Source: the human T2T-CHM13v2.0 reference genome, Homo sapiens
Strand: one strand, 5' to 3'
Assembly (NCBI RefSeq): GCF_009914755.1
Contig: NC_060931.1
DNA length: 64,000 nt
The notes beneath the pieces were generated by a model, which did not search any database, was not told the DNA's origin, and was given only the letters and a program-made list of their open reading frames with translations. Below are positions 22,069 through 37,583 of this stretch, piece by piece. Position numbers and translations under genes: made by a program. How positions within the stretch are numbered: the stretch's first letter is position 1; each line of letters starts with the position of its first letter.

Positions 22069-23828
22069 AAATATCAAGTATTTAGTGATCAGAGCGTCAC
22101 TGTTTCACAAACTCTGGGTTCTATGAAAGACACAGTCTATTTAAATAAGTAGCAATAGGCAAGATTGTGATTTCCAACTTCTCTGACACAAATGCATGGA
22201 ATACCGTATTGCATCTACAAATTTAAACATCATTAAATCATTCTCAAAGGAATTCAGAGGGTACGTCTATTTTTGTAACTATTATTGCCTAAGAGGAAAA
22301 AATAAATATTTCTAATCATTAAATCCTTGAATAGCAAAAAGCACTATAATGGAATCCAGGAGAAGTGGATTTTTCCATAAACTTGAGCTACTTAATGTAA
22401 ACCAACTAATCTTTGAGCCTTGTTTTTTTTAAATTAAGGTGGGTATACTATGTTGTTTCTTAAGAGCCAATTTAAAATCCTACGTTCTTAGGAAAAGCCA
22501 AGGTCAGATCCATAACTGAACTACACTTAAATAAGAACATGATCACTAAGTCAGAGAGAGATAAAGAATAAAAGGATCTTGGAGTTCGACTCCTCCAAGT
22601 TCCCCTTTTACACATGAGAGGGAAACTGTAGCCAGAGAGATAGATTGGAGCAAACTGTGGAGAAAGCTAGAAATGGGAATCAGTAAAATACCTGACTCCT
22701 TGCTTTATAAACTATCTGCCTGAAGGCCATACTTAGCATTTCCTTGTTCTTTGAAGAAAAGTGACAGGAAAAAGGGGGATTTCCCCTTTCTTTACATTAA
22801 GAGCACAGAAAAGGCTTTGTTTTGTTTTGTTTTTGTTTTAATTGTAATGATTTCTGGTGGTCATTTACAAGATCCAGTGGTCATTTAAAAGGTCCACTAA
22901 GCTGGGGGAGGGAGTTCAAATGACTCCTCTTTCTTTATCCTTACTATGCTTTTGCTCTCTATTTTTATTGTTTCTATAGCAAGGTTTCCAAGAATTACGT
23001 TGGTAGGCATTCAACTGGCATCCTCTGGAGGTAACCAGATGCCCAGCTGCTCCTGGAGGGGACATATGGAAGTGGGTGAGTTCTTCTTGTGGATTCTACT
23101 CCGTTACTCTTTTTTTTGGGTGGGGTCAACTGTGGTTCTTTGGATAATACTGTAAGTTTCATTTGCCAAATAATTTTATATGTCTGCCTATAAACTTTTA
23201 AAGTAAGTGGATTTCAAATATAATTTAATGTAAAATAATTAGATAGCAAAATATAAAGTAGGGAGAAAATAATTTTGTTGCTACCTTACAAACGGAACTA
23301 TGACTACTTGAATATACTTGATATACAGACATTTGCTTACTCCTACAATTTGAATTCTTTTTTAAAAAAAAACTTATCAAGTAATCATTTCCCTGTTGCC
23401 ACACAGACCTTGTAATCATCGTCAAACATTAATTATAATTGTTATGTTATTAAACATTTTTTAGTCTCTTTGAAATGGCATAACTAAAAAAATTAATGTA
23501 GAGATATTGCAAATTGTGTTTATGCCATAAATTCTTTTGTATTTAGCAATCACAAGCAATATTTTTATTTGTTATGGTGTATTATTTGATATTAAGTTTA
23601 ATCCTCAGGAAAACAACTAATGTTGAATAATATTACAGTATATAGTAAAAAAGTTTCACTTCAAGGAAAATAAGAAATCTTACACAAAACAGAATTAATG
23701 TTTCAAAATTCATGTTTCATATTTTTAAATTTTGGATATAGATTAATACTATGAACTTATTAAGTCCTCTTATTTTATGGCTCAAACTCTATTGCAGGAC
23801 ATACAGCTGTCATTATTTGCATACTTAC

Positions 23829-23970
23829 TGCACTTCTGGGATTTACATAATCAATTCCAAGGGTAGTCATGGCTTTCACAATAGCTAGGATGGATTGCAA
23901 TGTATTACTGTAAATTACTGCTTTGAACTCCATGCATTCTTGCTCACTGTAACCATTCTTATGGATGATC
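23829..23970 (-). CDS. GNAT3: GNAT3 coding exon 3 ([47 protein letters not shown])
   Basis: TATAG| acceptor, |GTAAGT donor, 142 nt. The peptide is visible inside ORF 23775..24032. Confidence 0.98.
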
Positions 23971-25480
23971 CTATAATTTAAACATGAAAAGTTTCTGTGA
24001 GTTGAATAATTGATTGTAACACTAAAGCACATCCAACTAAGTTGCTTGAATAAAATTACAGTATATATTCATTAAAAAGGAATTTTGACCATACATATAT
24101 GCTAACTCTAAACAATTTTATGCCTTTGGACTTTTATTATCATTGTCATTTATACAGTATTTTCTTTCTGGGCTACCCATGATAAATATGAAAAGACTTA
24201 GGATTTGTTATTTAAAAATACTTTTTTAAAATGGGTAAATCATAAGCATTATACTTAGAAAGTCTATTTTTTTAAGAGAAAAATTTCTAGATTCCCAGGA
24301 CAAAGATATATACAGAGTTTGAAACTTGACCTTGTGTTTACAACCTGATGTCTAGAGGAAGCGAAGTCATTTAGAACATTCATGACTTTTCCTATCATGC
24401 TGAAAAATAGGAGTGCCTGCTTTCTATTTACAGCATTAACAAAGGCATCTTTTTTAGTACACGTAATTGCCCTGTTAAATTTCTTGTCAGTTCTCCATCT
24501 GTGTACGTGCCACTGAGTTATAAAAGTTGAAATGCCTGACATTTTATTTGGCTGAACTCTTCTCTACCTTCCACTCATTCAGCCAAACTCAAGATTTTAC
24601 TAGTAGTTTTCGAATAATAGCTTAAAATAGATTTACCTATCAAAAGCTAAAATCGTTAGATATGCCAGTTACGTATTTTTGCATCTTTATTGTATAATTT
24701 TTTTTGTTCCTTTCTATTTTCTCTTATTGTCTTGAAGTCCTTTGTATTCATTAGGCATCTTTTTGGATGTCATATTACTAAAGATTTATATTGTGTCTAC
24801 ACGTATAAAGGCTTTAGCATGGGGGGAAAAGAGCATAAACACCTCTTTAATGTCTTTGAAGATATTAGAAGCTTCCTATACAAGAAATCTGAACTGAAAG
24901 GAGTAAAGGCACAGCCTATATTTGTTATTTGTTGTTTTTTATATTTGATTACAAATCATTGCTGAACTTCTACTTTAAACATGGTCATGTTTGTCTTGCT
25001 GCATTAAACCATTAAATAACTTACATAAGTAAATAAAATAGACAAAGGCTGTAGAAAAAAATGCAGTAAAATGTCTTTATGGATAGATCAAGAATAAGTT
25101 TATTAAAGAAATCCCAGTTTTCTGTCAAATTGAACTTGGAAAATTATTATTAAAATGGCAACTGTGAATAAACATGAGGCACTTAGGTTATCTTCATGAA
25201 ACAAGTTCTGATTACTATGAGAAGATGAAGAAACATTTATCACAAAGAAAAATGATAAAAACAGAAGTTAAAATGTCCAGTTGAAGTGGGACTTTAAACA
25301 ACATCGTTTTTCCAGGAGATGCATATATAAATTTCAGTGAGATAGAGCACTCCAACTGCAAAGTTGGTTCTGAGGTCTGTTGAAATTAATAAGCTTTTAC
25401 TGTGCATTTTCTGTGACATACTGTGTTATGTGTTAAAGAAATACATTATACAAGTCTCTCCTTCCCAAAACCATAGACTA

Positions 25481-25672
25481 GAGCTCCTCTGTATAATACA
25501 TTAGTCACTAGATGATTAATTAAAATTAAGTAAAATTAAAAATTTAGTTTCTCAATCACACTATCAACATTTCAAGTGGCTACTAAAGCCACATGTGGCT
25601 AGCAGCTGCCATATTTCAAGGCAAAATAGAGAACTTTCCTATCATCCCACAAAGTTCTGTTGAAGAGGACTG
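25481..25672. mobile_element. MER3-like hAT-Charlie DNA transposon
   Basis: CATTTCAAGTG...AGCCACATGTGGCTAG...AGAACTTTCCTATCATCCCACAAAGTTCTGTTG. Confidence 0.7.
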
Positions 25673-25914
25673 AGTTATAAGAAGGCAGAGCATATAAAGA
25701 GATTTTTAAACATTATGATAATGCATAGGAACAAACTCTGCATATAGTAAGATGCTATAGAAAAGAAAAAGTGATAAACTCTACTAGGTGTAAGGTATCA
25801 AAGAAGACATCCCGGAAGCAGTGATAATCAGCTGATTGTTCAAGGATAGTTATTCCTAGATGGTCAAAAGGAGAGAGAATCATTGTAGGAAGAAAGATCA
25901 GTATGAGCAAATAG

Positions 25915-26150
25915 ATGCTCACAATTTTCAAGTGTTCAATATGTGCCAAGCACTATTGTAAGCACTTCATCTGTCTTATTTCTTACAATAAGCCCTTTAA
26001 AGTAGATACAATTATGATCTACATTTTATAAGTAAGAAATGTCAGCATAGATAAATTAAGCAAATACCCCCAACTTATTCAGTTAGTTTGTGATACACCT
26101 GGGCCACAAACACAATCTGATGTACAGTCCATGATCTTAGCCATGATGCT
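25915..26150. mobile_element. MIR
   Basis: TATGTGCCAAGCACTATTGTAAGCACTT...CATTTTATAAGTAAGAAA core. Confidence 0.6.
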
Positions 26151-27310
26151 CAGCCTTCTATAGTGTGTTAGTCTACAGACTTATAAAAGGTCAGCATTAG
26201 TGAAGCAGGAAGTAGGGGAGAAATTACAGGACAGGAGGATGAAGACATCGGCAAGAACTGGGCTCCAGTGTCTTGTGTGCCATGGCAAGGAGATTGATCT
26301 TGACAGCAAGGGTGAAGAGTTGAATTCAGGAGATAAAATCAGCTTTAAATGGATCAGTTCATGGCAGTGTGGATAATGCAATGAAGGGAAGAGAAGGGAG
26401 GTAGAAGCTCCTTAGGAAGATACTGAATTAATCTAGGTCAGAAATGATGACCAATGGAGATCAATGACATGTTTGGAGACAAATTGTGTAGATGTGGCAT
26501 GACTTGGTAAAAGGGTGAAGGCTTAGCATAACTATGCTGAGATTTATTGCGTTGTAGGCTGGCGTTGTTGTAATTAATTTTAGGGCGATAGAGGCCAGAT
26601 GGGAGATAAGTTTAATGTTTATTCTGATTTGGACCTAGCCAGAGAATATAGCAGTAGATGTATCTGCCTCTCTAGTTTAGACAAAGTGTGTGAGTTTGAA
26701 AGAAATATTCTGAAACAGTCAGCTTGAAGATTCTGGTGAAAATCATAGAACTCTAGCAGTTTTCATTTTGATGAAGGTGCAGAGTAAGTAGAGAAGTGCC
26801 AGCATCTCCTGGTACAGTAGAGACACTAACATTTTAAATGTAGTCAGAGATAGAGTTAGAAGAATAAAGGAGATAGTTAGACGAACCGGGAAAGAGTTCT
26901 AGAAGCTGAAGAAAAGTTTTAAGTGAGAAAAGTGATGTCATCTGGAATTAACATAAGGACTTAAGGAGACTTCAAATAAAATGGCTATTCGAAGATGACA
27001 TAATAAATAATCTTCGTAAGGGCAACTTCTGCAACTTACCAGAGGCAAAAGTGTGATGAAAATGGCTGAAAGTGGAAAGTAAAGAGAGCTAATTTTGATT
27101 ATTTTCTACAGAAATTCTACTGAGAAAAGGAAAGACAAAGCAGAACAGGAAACTTGCTCTTTTTAAATAATAAAAGAAGTGCTCATTGTAGAAAATGTGA
27201 AAAGCCTAACAATATTAAAAAGCAAAGGTGCTTTGAACTTTAAATTCCACTATTGAGAGAAAATTTATTTGAATACTGGTAAATGCTCTCTCATTTTAAA
27301 AAAGTATCTA

Positions 27311-27680
<370 letters not shown>

Positions 27681-28872
27681 AAAATGTTAATGCAATTTTG
27701 TAACCTGTTTTTTTAGTAAACATAGCATTTTCTCATATTAAAACCTTCTCATATACATGAGATTAATACATGATTTGTAATAGTTATATAATATTGCAAT
27801 TGAAGAATGAATAGTCCTGTAACTTTGCAACCTAATTGCTTATGTTTTATTTTAATTTGTGGCACTTTATTCTATCCCATATTTCATTATCTTAAATAGT
27901 GATATAAGCCTTTTATACAGGCTTTTATATTATTGAATTATTTTATTTTCATGCCTATGCATATTTTATTACTTTTGACAATTCTCAGAAACATATTTAG
28001 ATCAATAATTTTCCCAGCTTACTATGTATATTAAAGATATTATTTTTATAAATTCTCTGTAATATATAATTTTACAAATAGCAATTAAAAATATCCATTT
28101 CTCAAAATCTCATTATTATTGGGTAATTTTTTAAAATTATTGTTTGTCAATTTACTACAATGAAAAATTACCTCATTAGTGATCTGATTTTTAACTTTTA
28201 TAATAAGGTTACACTAAAATACATTATCTATTGAATTTTGTCATTTCTATACTCTCTATTCATAGCCTATCCCCATTTATGTATATTGGGAAGCTTATTG
28301 TTTTACTTAGCAATCTATGGGCCTTTATATACTAGTCACCAGTTATTTATCATATTTATTATAAATTTTTTCTTGTTCTCTAATTTTGGCTTAATTTTAT
28401 TTACGGTTTACTATATTTAAAAGTTTTATTTTTTACGCAGCCAAATAATTGGTCTTTTTTTTTCTTTATTTAAGCTCATAGAGAATGGAGAAATGAAAAA
28501 AGAGAGGTTCAAGCATGATCACAGCCTGGGAGACAAGAGCAGGCAGATACTGTGGAAATGTTATAAATGAATGCCAGATGACTTAGTTGCAAGGATGGTC
28601 CTAAAAACTCAAAAATGGTGCAATCCCAGGGAACAGAATAAAGGAGCTCTGTTCTTCAGAGACAGTAGGAAAGATCAGGTGTTTGGTTGCAGATAAGTGA
28701 AGCTTAAATATTGGTTGATATAAAACTTACATGACATTATCACATAAAAGGAAAACAGTGTCTTAGATTGAAACCAATTTCATTATTGACTGGCAGGCAT
28801 CACTCCCTTATAAAATATGGCCCAAAGAACAAGATCCTTTAACATATAATTTAAAAATATGCTCAAAAATGG

Positions 28873-29200
28873 TCCTCCTCCTCTTCATCCTCCTCTTTCC
28901 TCCTCCTCCTCTTTCCTCTTCCTCCTCCTCTTTCCTCCTCCTCCTCCTCTTTCCTCCTCCTCCTCTTTCCTCCTCCTCCTCTTTCCTCCTCCTCCTCTTT
29001 GTTCCTCCTCCTTCTCTTTCCTCCTCCTCCTCCTCTTTCCTCCTCCACCTCTTTCCTCCTCCACCTCTTTCCTCCTCCTCCTCTTTCCTCCTCCTCCTCT
29101 TTCCTCCTCCTCCTCTTTCCTCCTCCTCCTCTTTCCTCCTCCTCCTCTTTCCTCCTCCTCTCTGCACCTCCTCCTCCTTTCCTCCTCCTCCTTCTCTTCC
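28873..29200. repeat. Polypyrimidine/polypurine tandem repeat, unit about TTTCCTCCTCCTCCTC (16-19 bp)
   Basis: About 330 bp almost devoid of purines on the + strand; source of five overlapping spurious ORFs. Confidence 0.95.
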
Positions 29201-29867
29201 TGCTGTTGTTGCTGCTGCTTCTGTTTCTTCTGCTTCTTCTTTTACTTCTTTTTAGCCACAATTATCCTTTAAAATTCTCTAGCAGTAACAAAGCCATGAG
29301 GTTTCACCCATTTACCTTTACTTATCAATTACCTTTTTATTCAGGTAGACACTGCATTCTTTTGTCATTATTTCCTTATTAAGGAATTCAGGTCTAGTTA
29401 TTTCATTATAAAAAGGAAAAAGTAGAGAAACAAATGCAAAAATACATCACAATTCATGATAGTAATTAAGCATTTTATTCCCAGGTAGGCAAAATGCTAA
29501 TGAGGTTAAAAATACTGTTTCCTCAAAAAATCAAATATATGATTGATTGACATTTTAAAATATTTACCGTTAATGATCAGATTATAAAGTCCTTGATATC
29601 CCCAGATTAATATGACTAAAATATAATGCTTTAAGCATTTGTCTTATTGAGAGGCACATTTTAAAAAATGGAAATTATAATATTATTCATCTGCTACACT
29701 TTCTGCTAAAGGATACAAGGTATATTTGCACAGGAACTATGACCACTCTATGATCCATGATTTAGAAAAGATTGTCAATCAGCATTTACAAAAGCATGTA
29801 TTTTAAGAATGGTCAAATACATGGACAGACATCAAATATTAAACACTTGAGACAGATGTATACCTAC

Positions 29868-29910
29868 TTCATTTGTTTAACAATAGTACTTTTCCCAGAT
29901 TCTCCTGCTC
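29868..29910 (-). CDS. GNAT3: GNAT3 coding exon 2 (P-loop GAGESGKSTIVKQMK)
   Basis: TTGCAG|GA GCA GGA GAA TCT GGG AAA AGT ACT ATT GTT AAA CAA ATG AA|GTAGGT; 43 nt, phase-compatible with exons 1 and 3. Confidence 0.98.
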
Positions 29911-29994
29911 CTGCAACATAAAAAGAGGAATATTATTAACTGATATACCAAATTTGAATAGATATTAAAAACTATCACTTTTCATGGATAATCT

Positions 29995-31693
<1,699 letters not shown>

Positions 31694-32807
31694 CACCCTA
31701 TTTAAATTTCTAATTCGACTCTCACCCACTCAGTCTTCATTTCCCTATTCTACCTTCACTTCTTTCCTAACACTTTTCTCCTAACACTTTTCTTCTTCTA
31801 CATGCTTAGGAATAATTCATATATTATTTAAAAATGTTCCTTTCATCACTGCAAAGTAAATTTCACGTTGCAAAGAATCTCTATCTGCTTTGTTCACTGA
31901 TTTAGCCAAAGCACCTAGAACAGTGCCTAACTCAGTAGAATCTCAATAAAACAAATGAATTCTTTGACTCATACTTCAGAAATGAGATTTTGTCCTTTGT
32001 ACTGCGCATCATTTTTTCCTCACTGAAATGTTTCTGCATGATTTACAATGTTTTCTTAAGCCTCGATGAACAGATATAGCTACACCTAAATTTAGTTCTA
32101 TTCAGGACAACTTTTCTTTTTTTTTTTTTGGTCATAGCCATATGTAAATATATCTAGTTTCTGCAGTTGTCTGAAACAGCTGTCCACCTTATGTGATAGT
32201 GAGGAAATAAGAGTGGTAAAGCTATGGGAAATTATGTTTCATTTTCTGGTGGTGATATATAGATTCTTTCCCTTGGGAAAACTTCAAGAACACACCTCTC
32301 CATGATTTTATGCTAGTTGGCTCTCCATCACTGATAGTGAAATATGACAACAAAGTTGATAGATGCAAAAATCAAAGTAACTTGCTAAAATTTCTTTACA
32401 TAATCAAACACAAACTGACAGATTGGGTATAACCATCTCATTTACTAGAGGCTGCAATGCCCAAGAATGAAACAGTTGAGAATAAAATAAAATCATCTTG
32501 CCCATTTTCCGAAGACAACTGACCCTATCATTTTGCATGGCTGAGAATTGTTTGTGAGAGTGGCAACTCATTCAAAAATGAATGAGCTTTGCACAATAGT
32601 CTGGTTTGCTGGCTTTAAATAACTCACTATTTTGCTGTAGGAAGTGCATCACTTTGGGAAAAGTCATACAATAATATTATAAAACTGTCCTTGATAGGTT
32701 TTATTTTAAAATCTCTAACAATGGAACTGAATATTCGAAATTCTAGCATCATCCTGTACAAATGACAGAATATCAGAATATCTTGTTTCTCTCTCTATAT
32801 ATATACA

Positions 32808-32947
32808 CATATACGTATATACATATACGTATATACATATACGTATATACATATACGTATATGCATATACGTATATACATATACGTATATGCATATACGT
32901 ATATACATATACGTATATGCATATACGTATATACATATACGTATATA
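32808..32947. repeat. Minisatellite, 10 x 14-bp CATATACGTATAT(A/G)
   Basis: Ten counted units between (CT)n(AT)n and (CA)n flanks. Confidence 0.95.
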
Positions 32948-34660
32948 CATACATATATACACACACACTGTCTTAAATTACAGAGCAGTGGGGATGTGGA
33001 AGAAAAGTCAATGGGCTCAGTAGGAACTGCAGTACTTGCTCATGCAGGTATGTTTAATGTTGTATTTTGTTCAACCAAAGTATTCAACTAGAAATGAGAA
33101 AAAAGTCTCATTTCTGAATGTCAGTTAAATTTATTTAAAAGATGATATAATTTCTACAATAAAGTGAAAATAATTTAGACCACTTTCTTTTAAATGAATT
33201 GTCTATCTTGAGATATTGAGCCTAATGAGAAAAAGTGTGTCAATGATTTTCTAGAATTGTATCAGCATATGTATTATAGAGAAATATTTTATTGATTAAG
33301 AACCACTTTTAGGCAGATTAAAAAATCACAACCGAATTTTATTTTATTCACTATATGTTATTGACTAGTTGAAAATTTATAAATTTGTGAAAAAAGTGAC
33401 TTTTAGACTGTGTCAGTTAATGTACATTCAGAATGGTCTTCTGTACTTCATAAATATGGCCATTTGGTAATCATACAGATAACACTAAGTTGTGGCATTT
33501 CCAAAAGTATTTCTAAGGCTACAGGGTATGTTATTGTATAACAATTATTTGTAACTTAGCTGGTAATTCATGCTGTGTTTAAGGTAAGCAGAATAATCAA
33601 TCACTTTTTTAAAAATGGCATGTACTTTTAAATGAAACTACATATTAAAAGTTAATATTTTCCCTTGAAAGCCTTTAAAAAGGTGTCTGTACCATCCTTG
33701 CTTTATGTAGTGACTTCAGTCTTCTATGTAAAGGTCCAGTATAGTCAATTACAGCATTAAGAGGAAAATTCCTAAAGAAAAGCCTATCTACTTAAAATCT
33801 CATTTATTATTTGGAACTCTATTGCAAAGTTATTTCAAAAATAAATTATTGAGCCCCATTCTCACAATAATTCTAGGTCATAGTTCACAATAGTCATTTC
33901 AGTCTTGTGAGATTAGATCATGTTACAGAGCCAAATATAGACATTATAACAGCATGTTCACATCCGCTGATGGTGTCCTGAAATAATCTCTTCCTTCCAA
34001 ATTGTGGTCATCGCTAATATTAGTTTCTGGGTCAAGGGGTACCAAGAGAATTTTAACAAGATATGCATCTGTTTCTTTGAAATAGATAATGTTACAAATA
34101 ATTAAATATTTAAATTTATACTTAATTCATACTTAGATACTCATAAATTATTTTATTTTTAATAAGAATAAGTAAGGAATCCTGTTCTACATTTTTAAAT
34201 CTGAAAATATTAAAAAGAATTTTAAATCTACCCAATATTTATACATGTAACTGAACTTCAATTGAACACACACAAGGCTTGATTGCTCATTTTGGATGAC
34301 TTGTTCAAACAGGCAAAATGAGATTACAACATTGTGACTTGTAATCACACATAAGATTTTTTTTTGTAGGTGGTCTTAAAAATCACATAATTGTATAGTA
34401 GAAAGAAACCTTAGAAATCAACCAGCTATGCACATCTCTTCAGTCTATGCGTGAGAAAAATGAATCCAATAGAGATTATGATAATCATCCAAAGTTTCAG
34501 ATCTGTCTTCAAACAAAGAAACTATGTATTCTGACTCTTACTAAAGCTGTGTCATATCGCTTTCTTTTTTAAGTAGGCACTGATAAATACCAAAATGGTT
34601 TCAACACTTTAGAAATTATTTTAAATGCATTTTTTATAAATTAGTATGAGAGCGGTGTAC

Positions 34661-34824
34661 TTTTTTTGTTGGTTTGTTTTGAGACAGAATCTAGCTCTGT
34701 TGCCAGGCTTGAGTGCAGTAGCATGATCATGACTCACTGCAGCCTTGGCCTCCTGGCCTCAAGCAATCCTCCTGCCTGTCTCACAAACTGCTGGAATTAC
34801 AAGCATGAGCCCCTACACCTGGCC
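34661..34824 (-). mobile_element. Free Alu monomer (FRAM/FAM-like) with long TSD
   Basis: Single arm of about 160 bp; flanks TGAGAGCGGTGTACTTT / TGAAAGCAGTGTACTTT. Confidence 0.8.
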
Positions 34825-37319
34825 TTGAAAGCAGTGTACTTTCAGAGGCATACTGGTATTGCTGTGTCAGCTTATCATTCACAGGTAGACTGTTGGTATA
34901 AAAGATTTTTAGGGTAGTCTCTTTTGAGCCAACTTAATTTTGTTCCATGTATTATTTCTCCTTTTTATGGAGTGACATCAAAATTCTCTGTCCTTTGCAC
35001 ATGACAGCCCATCACATAGCTGGATTCATCATGTTTTGGAACTAAATAGATATGAGCTTGCACTCATCTCTGACTGTGACTAAGTGTCTTGATCAAATTT
35101 GGTCTCACTGAAAGTCAGTTTCCTCTATTATAAAATTGGGCTAAAACTTGGGAGGATTAGATCACAAATATAAATTACCTAGAACATACACTAATATATA
35201 GTGAGCTTTAAGTATTTTCTATTATTTGAAGAATGTGCTCATATCCTTTTAAAGAAATATTTCAAGTATAATATGATCCACTCCTTTACTCCTTTCTTGT
35301 GGAACATGATTTTTAGATTATTTGTCCTCTGAACCATACCCCATGTAAGAGCCAATGTCTTTCCGAAATGCAGTACTGAAAATTATGCTGTAGATACCAG
35401 ATTTATGAACAGCACTGACATTCTGCCACCTAGACCTGCCTCACTCCTGGTGGGCTTGTTTATAAATAAGTAATTTTCTTAATAAAGACCATGATTAGTT
35501 TGCCTCCTTTTTTTTTTTTGGCCTACACTCAGCTTGTGGTAATTAAAGTTTTTCTACTTTTTTTCACATCTCTTACCAAACAGATCCTCCCACAAACCAC
35601 GTGTATCTAATTGATTTTGAACCTCAATAAAGATATTTATTAAATTCCATTTTGCTTATTTGCGGCAAGCATTTCTGCTAGTAGAGGTTATTTGGAAGTC
35701 TGACTTGGTTTTGTCACTATATCCTTCCAAACTGAATCTCAAGTTTGAAATGCCTGCTTTATCCCCCTTCACCAAAATCCCTGATAGGAGTATTGAAGAG
35801 AAGGTCAAGGGCAGGAAACTATGTCATACTCTAGGGTCTATTCTGTTAACAGGAAACCTATTAATCATAAGTCCTTGTTCACTATCTCTAGTGAACAATG
35901 CTAAATGTTGGCCATTAGGTATGATAGTTACTGAAGGTTTTTGTACCTACAGTTTATCTGACTAAGGAAATTCTCTTCTATTTCTACTTTAATTGGTGTT
36001 TTTTCAATCAGGAATTGATAAGGAATTTTATTTAATTATTTTTTGGCACCTCCTGACATTCTTTTGATTTTTCTCTTTTAATTTGATAATGTAGTAAATA
36101 ATGTTAATGATTTTCTAGTAGTATTTTAAACATGCATTGTTGGGATAATCCATCTTCCCCCAAAAGTCCCCCCAACCTTTTCTCTTTTTGCATTTTATGT
36201 ATTGCTGGCATTGGTTGGCTAATATTTGGCTTTGGTTTTTATATTTATGTCTGTGAGGATGATTGACCTGCCATTGTCTTTGTCAAATTTTGTTGTCAAA
36301 GTTGTCAAATAATAAATTGAAAAGAATTTTCTAAAAATGTTTATGTAATTTTGAAATGCTCTGCCCATGGACTGTTTGATAGAATTCCCTTATAAAGCAA
36401 TATGAATAAATTTGCAGATAAATTTGTACATTTTCTTTTGCCAAAAAAACACATTGTTTATTTTTCCCAAACTTTTTATTTTGATAATTAATTTAAAAAC
36501 TTACAGAAGTTCAAGAATATAGTGTTATGGAAGCCCGCATTTTATACCCTTCCCCTTTCTGAATTATTTGTCCTGTTTGCTTTCTTTCTCATATGTATGT
36601 ATACATTTACATATACATATATGAACATAGTTTTATGTTTTGTTTTGCTGAATCTTTATTAGACATTTTACCCATAAATATTTTGAAATGCATCTTCTAA
36701 GAATAAGACAATTTTTCTACAAAACCAAAATACTATTTGCATGCTTAAGAAAATTTATATTAATTCTAAATGTTATCTAATACTATATACTCCATATTCA
36801 AATTTATCTGATTGTTTCAAAAAAATGTTTCCCATACCTTTTTTGTTTCTTGTATTCATGATCCAATCAAGTTTCACACTTTCTTTTGTCGTTATGCTTT
36901 TTAAGCTCTTTTAATTTATAACATTTTCCTTGTAATATTTTTGTTATTTTGTTTTGTTGACATTGGCATTTTTCTAAAGTCTAAGACAATTTTCTAAATA
37001 TATTCAATTATCTGTATTCTCTGATTAGATTCAATGTAAATATTTTAGATGAATATTGTATAAATAATGTGGATTTTCAGTTTGTCATATCAGTAAACAT
37101 ATGGTGTCAGATATACTTATATGACTACAAGTACCTATTTCTGTGATACAGAAAAAATAAGCATCATGAATCTGTAAAATTCCTCATCAGCCAAACTAAG
37201 TATGTTTCATTCATGAGAAAGAATATTGTAGCTATATACTATCTTTCCTTTTTAATGATCTTTTATTTAGATATTCCAACTTTCCATTTTATACTTATTT
37301 TTAAAATATCTGATAATAT

Positions 37320-37583
37320 TTATAGTGCCTATAGTTACCAATAATGTACTGGATACTTAAAAATTCACTAAGAGGGTAGATCTTATGTTAAGTGTTCTTA
37401 TAATAATAGTGACAATAAATAAGAGGACAGGAAACAACTTTTATAGGTGACGGAGAAGTCTACTGTGTGGATTGTGGTGACGATTTCACAGGTGTATACT
37501 TATCTCCAAGCTCATCAAGTGGCATACATTAAATATGTATAGCTTTTGCATATCAAGCATATCTCAATAAAGTGGTTTAAAAA
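37320..37583 (+). mobile_element. L1MB-type 3' end
   Basis: AAGAGGGTAGATCTTATGTTAAGTGTTCTTA...CTCAATAAAGTGGTTTAAAAA. Confidence 0.7.

Noticed and set aside
23775-24032. 85-aa ORF as a stand-alone gene
   Set aside because: It is GNAT3 exon 3 plus in-frame intron on either side.
28808-29382. Five overlapping 119-137 aa ORFs on both strands
   Set aside because: All are translations of the (CCT)n-type tandem repeat; low complexity, no stop codons by construction.
32715-33091. Tyr/Ile/Thr-rich ORFs
   Set aside because: Translations of the 14-bp minisatellite.
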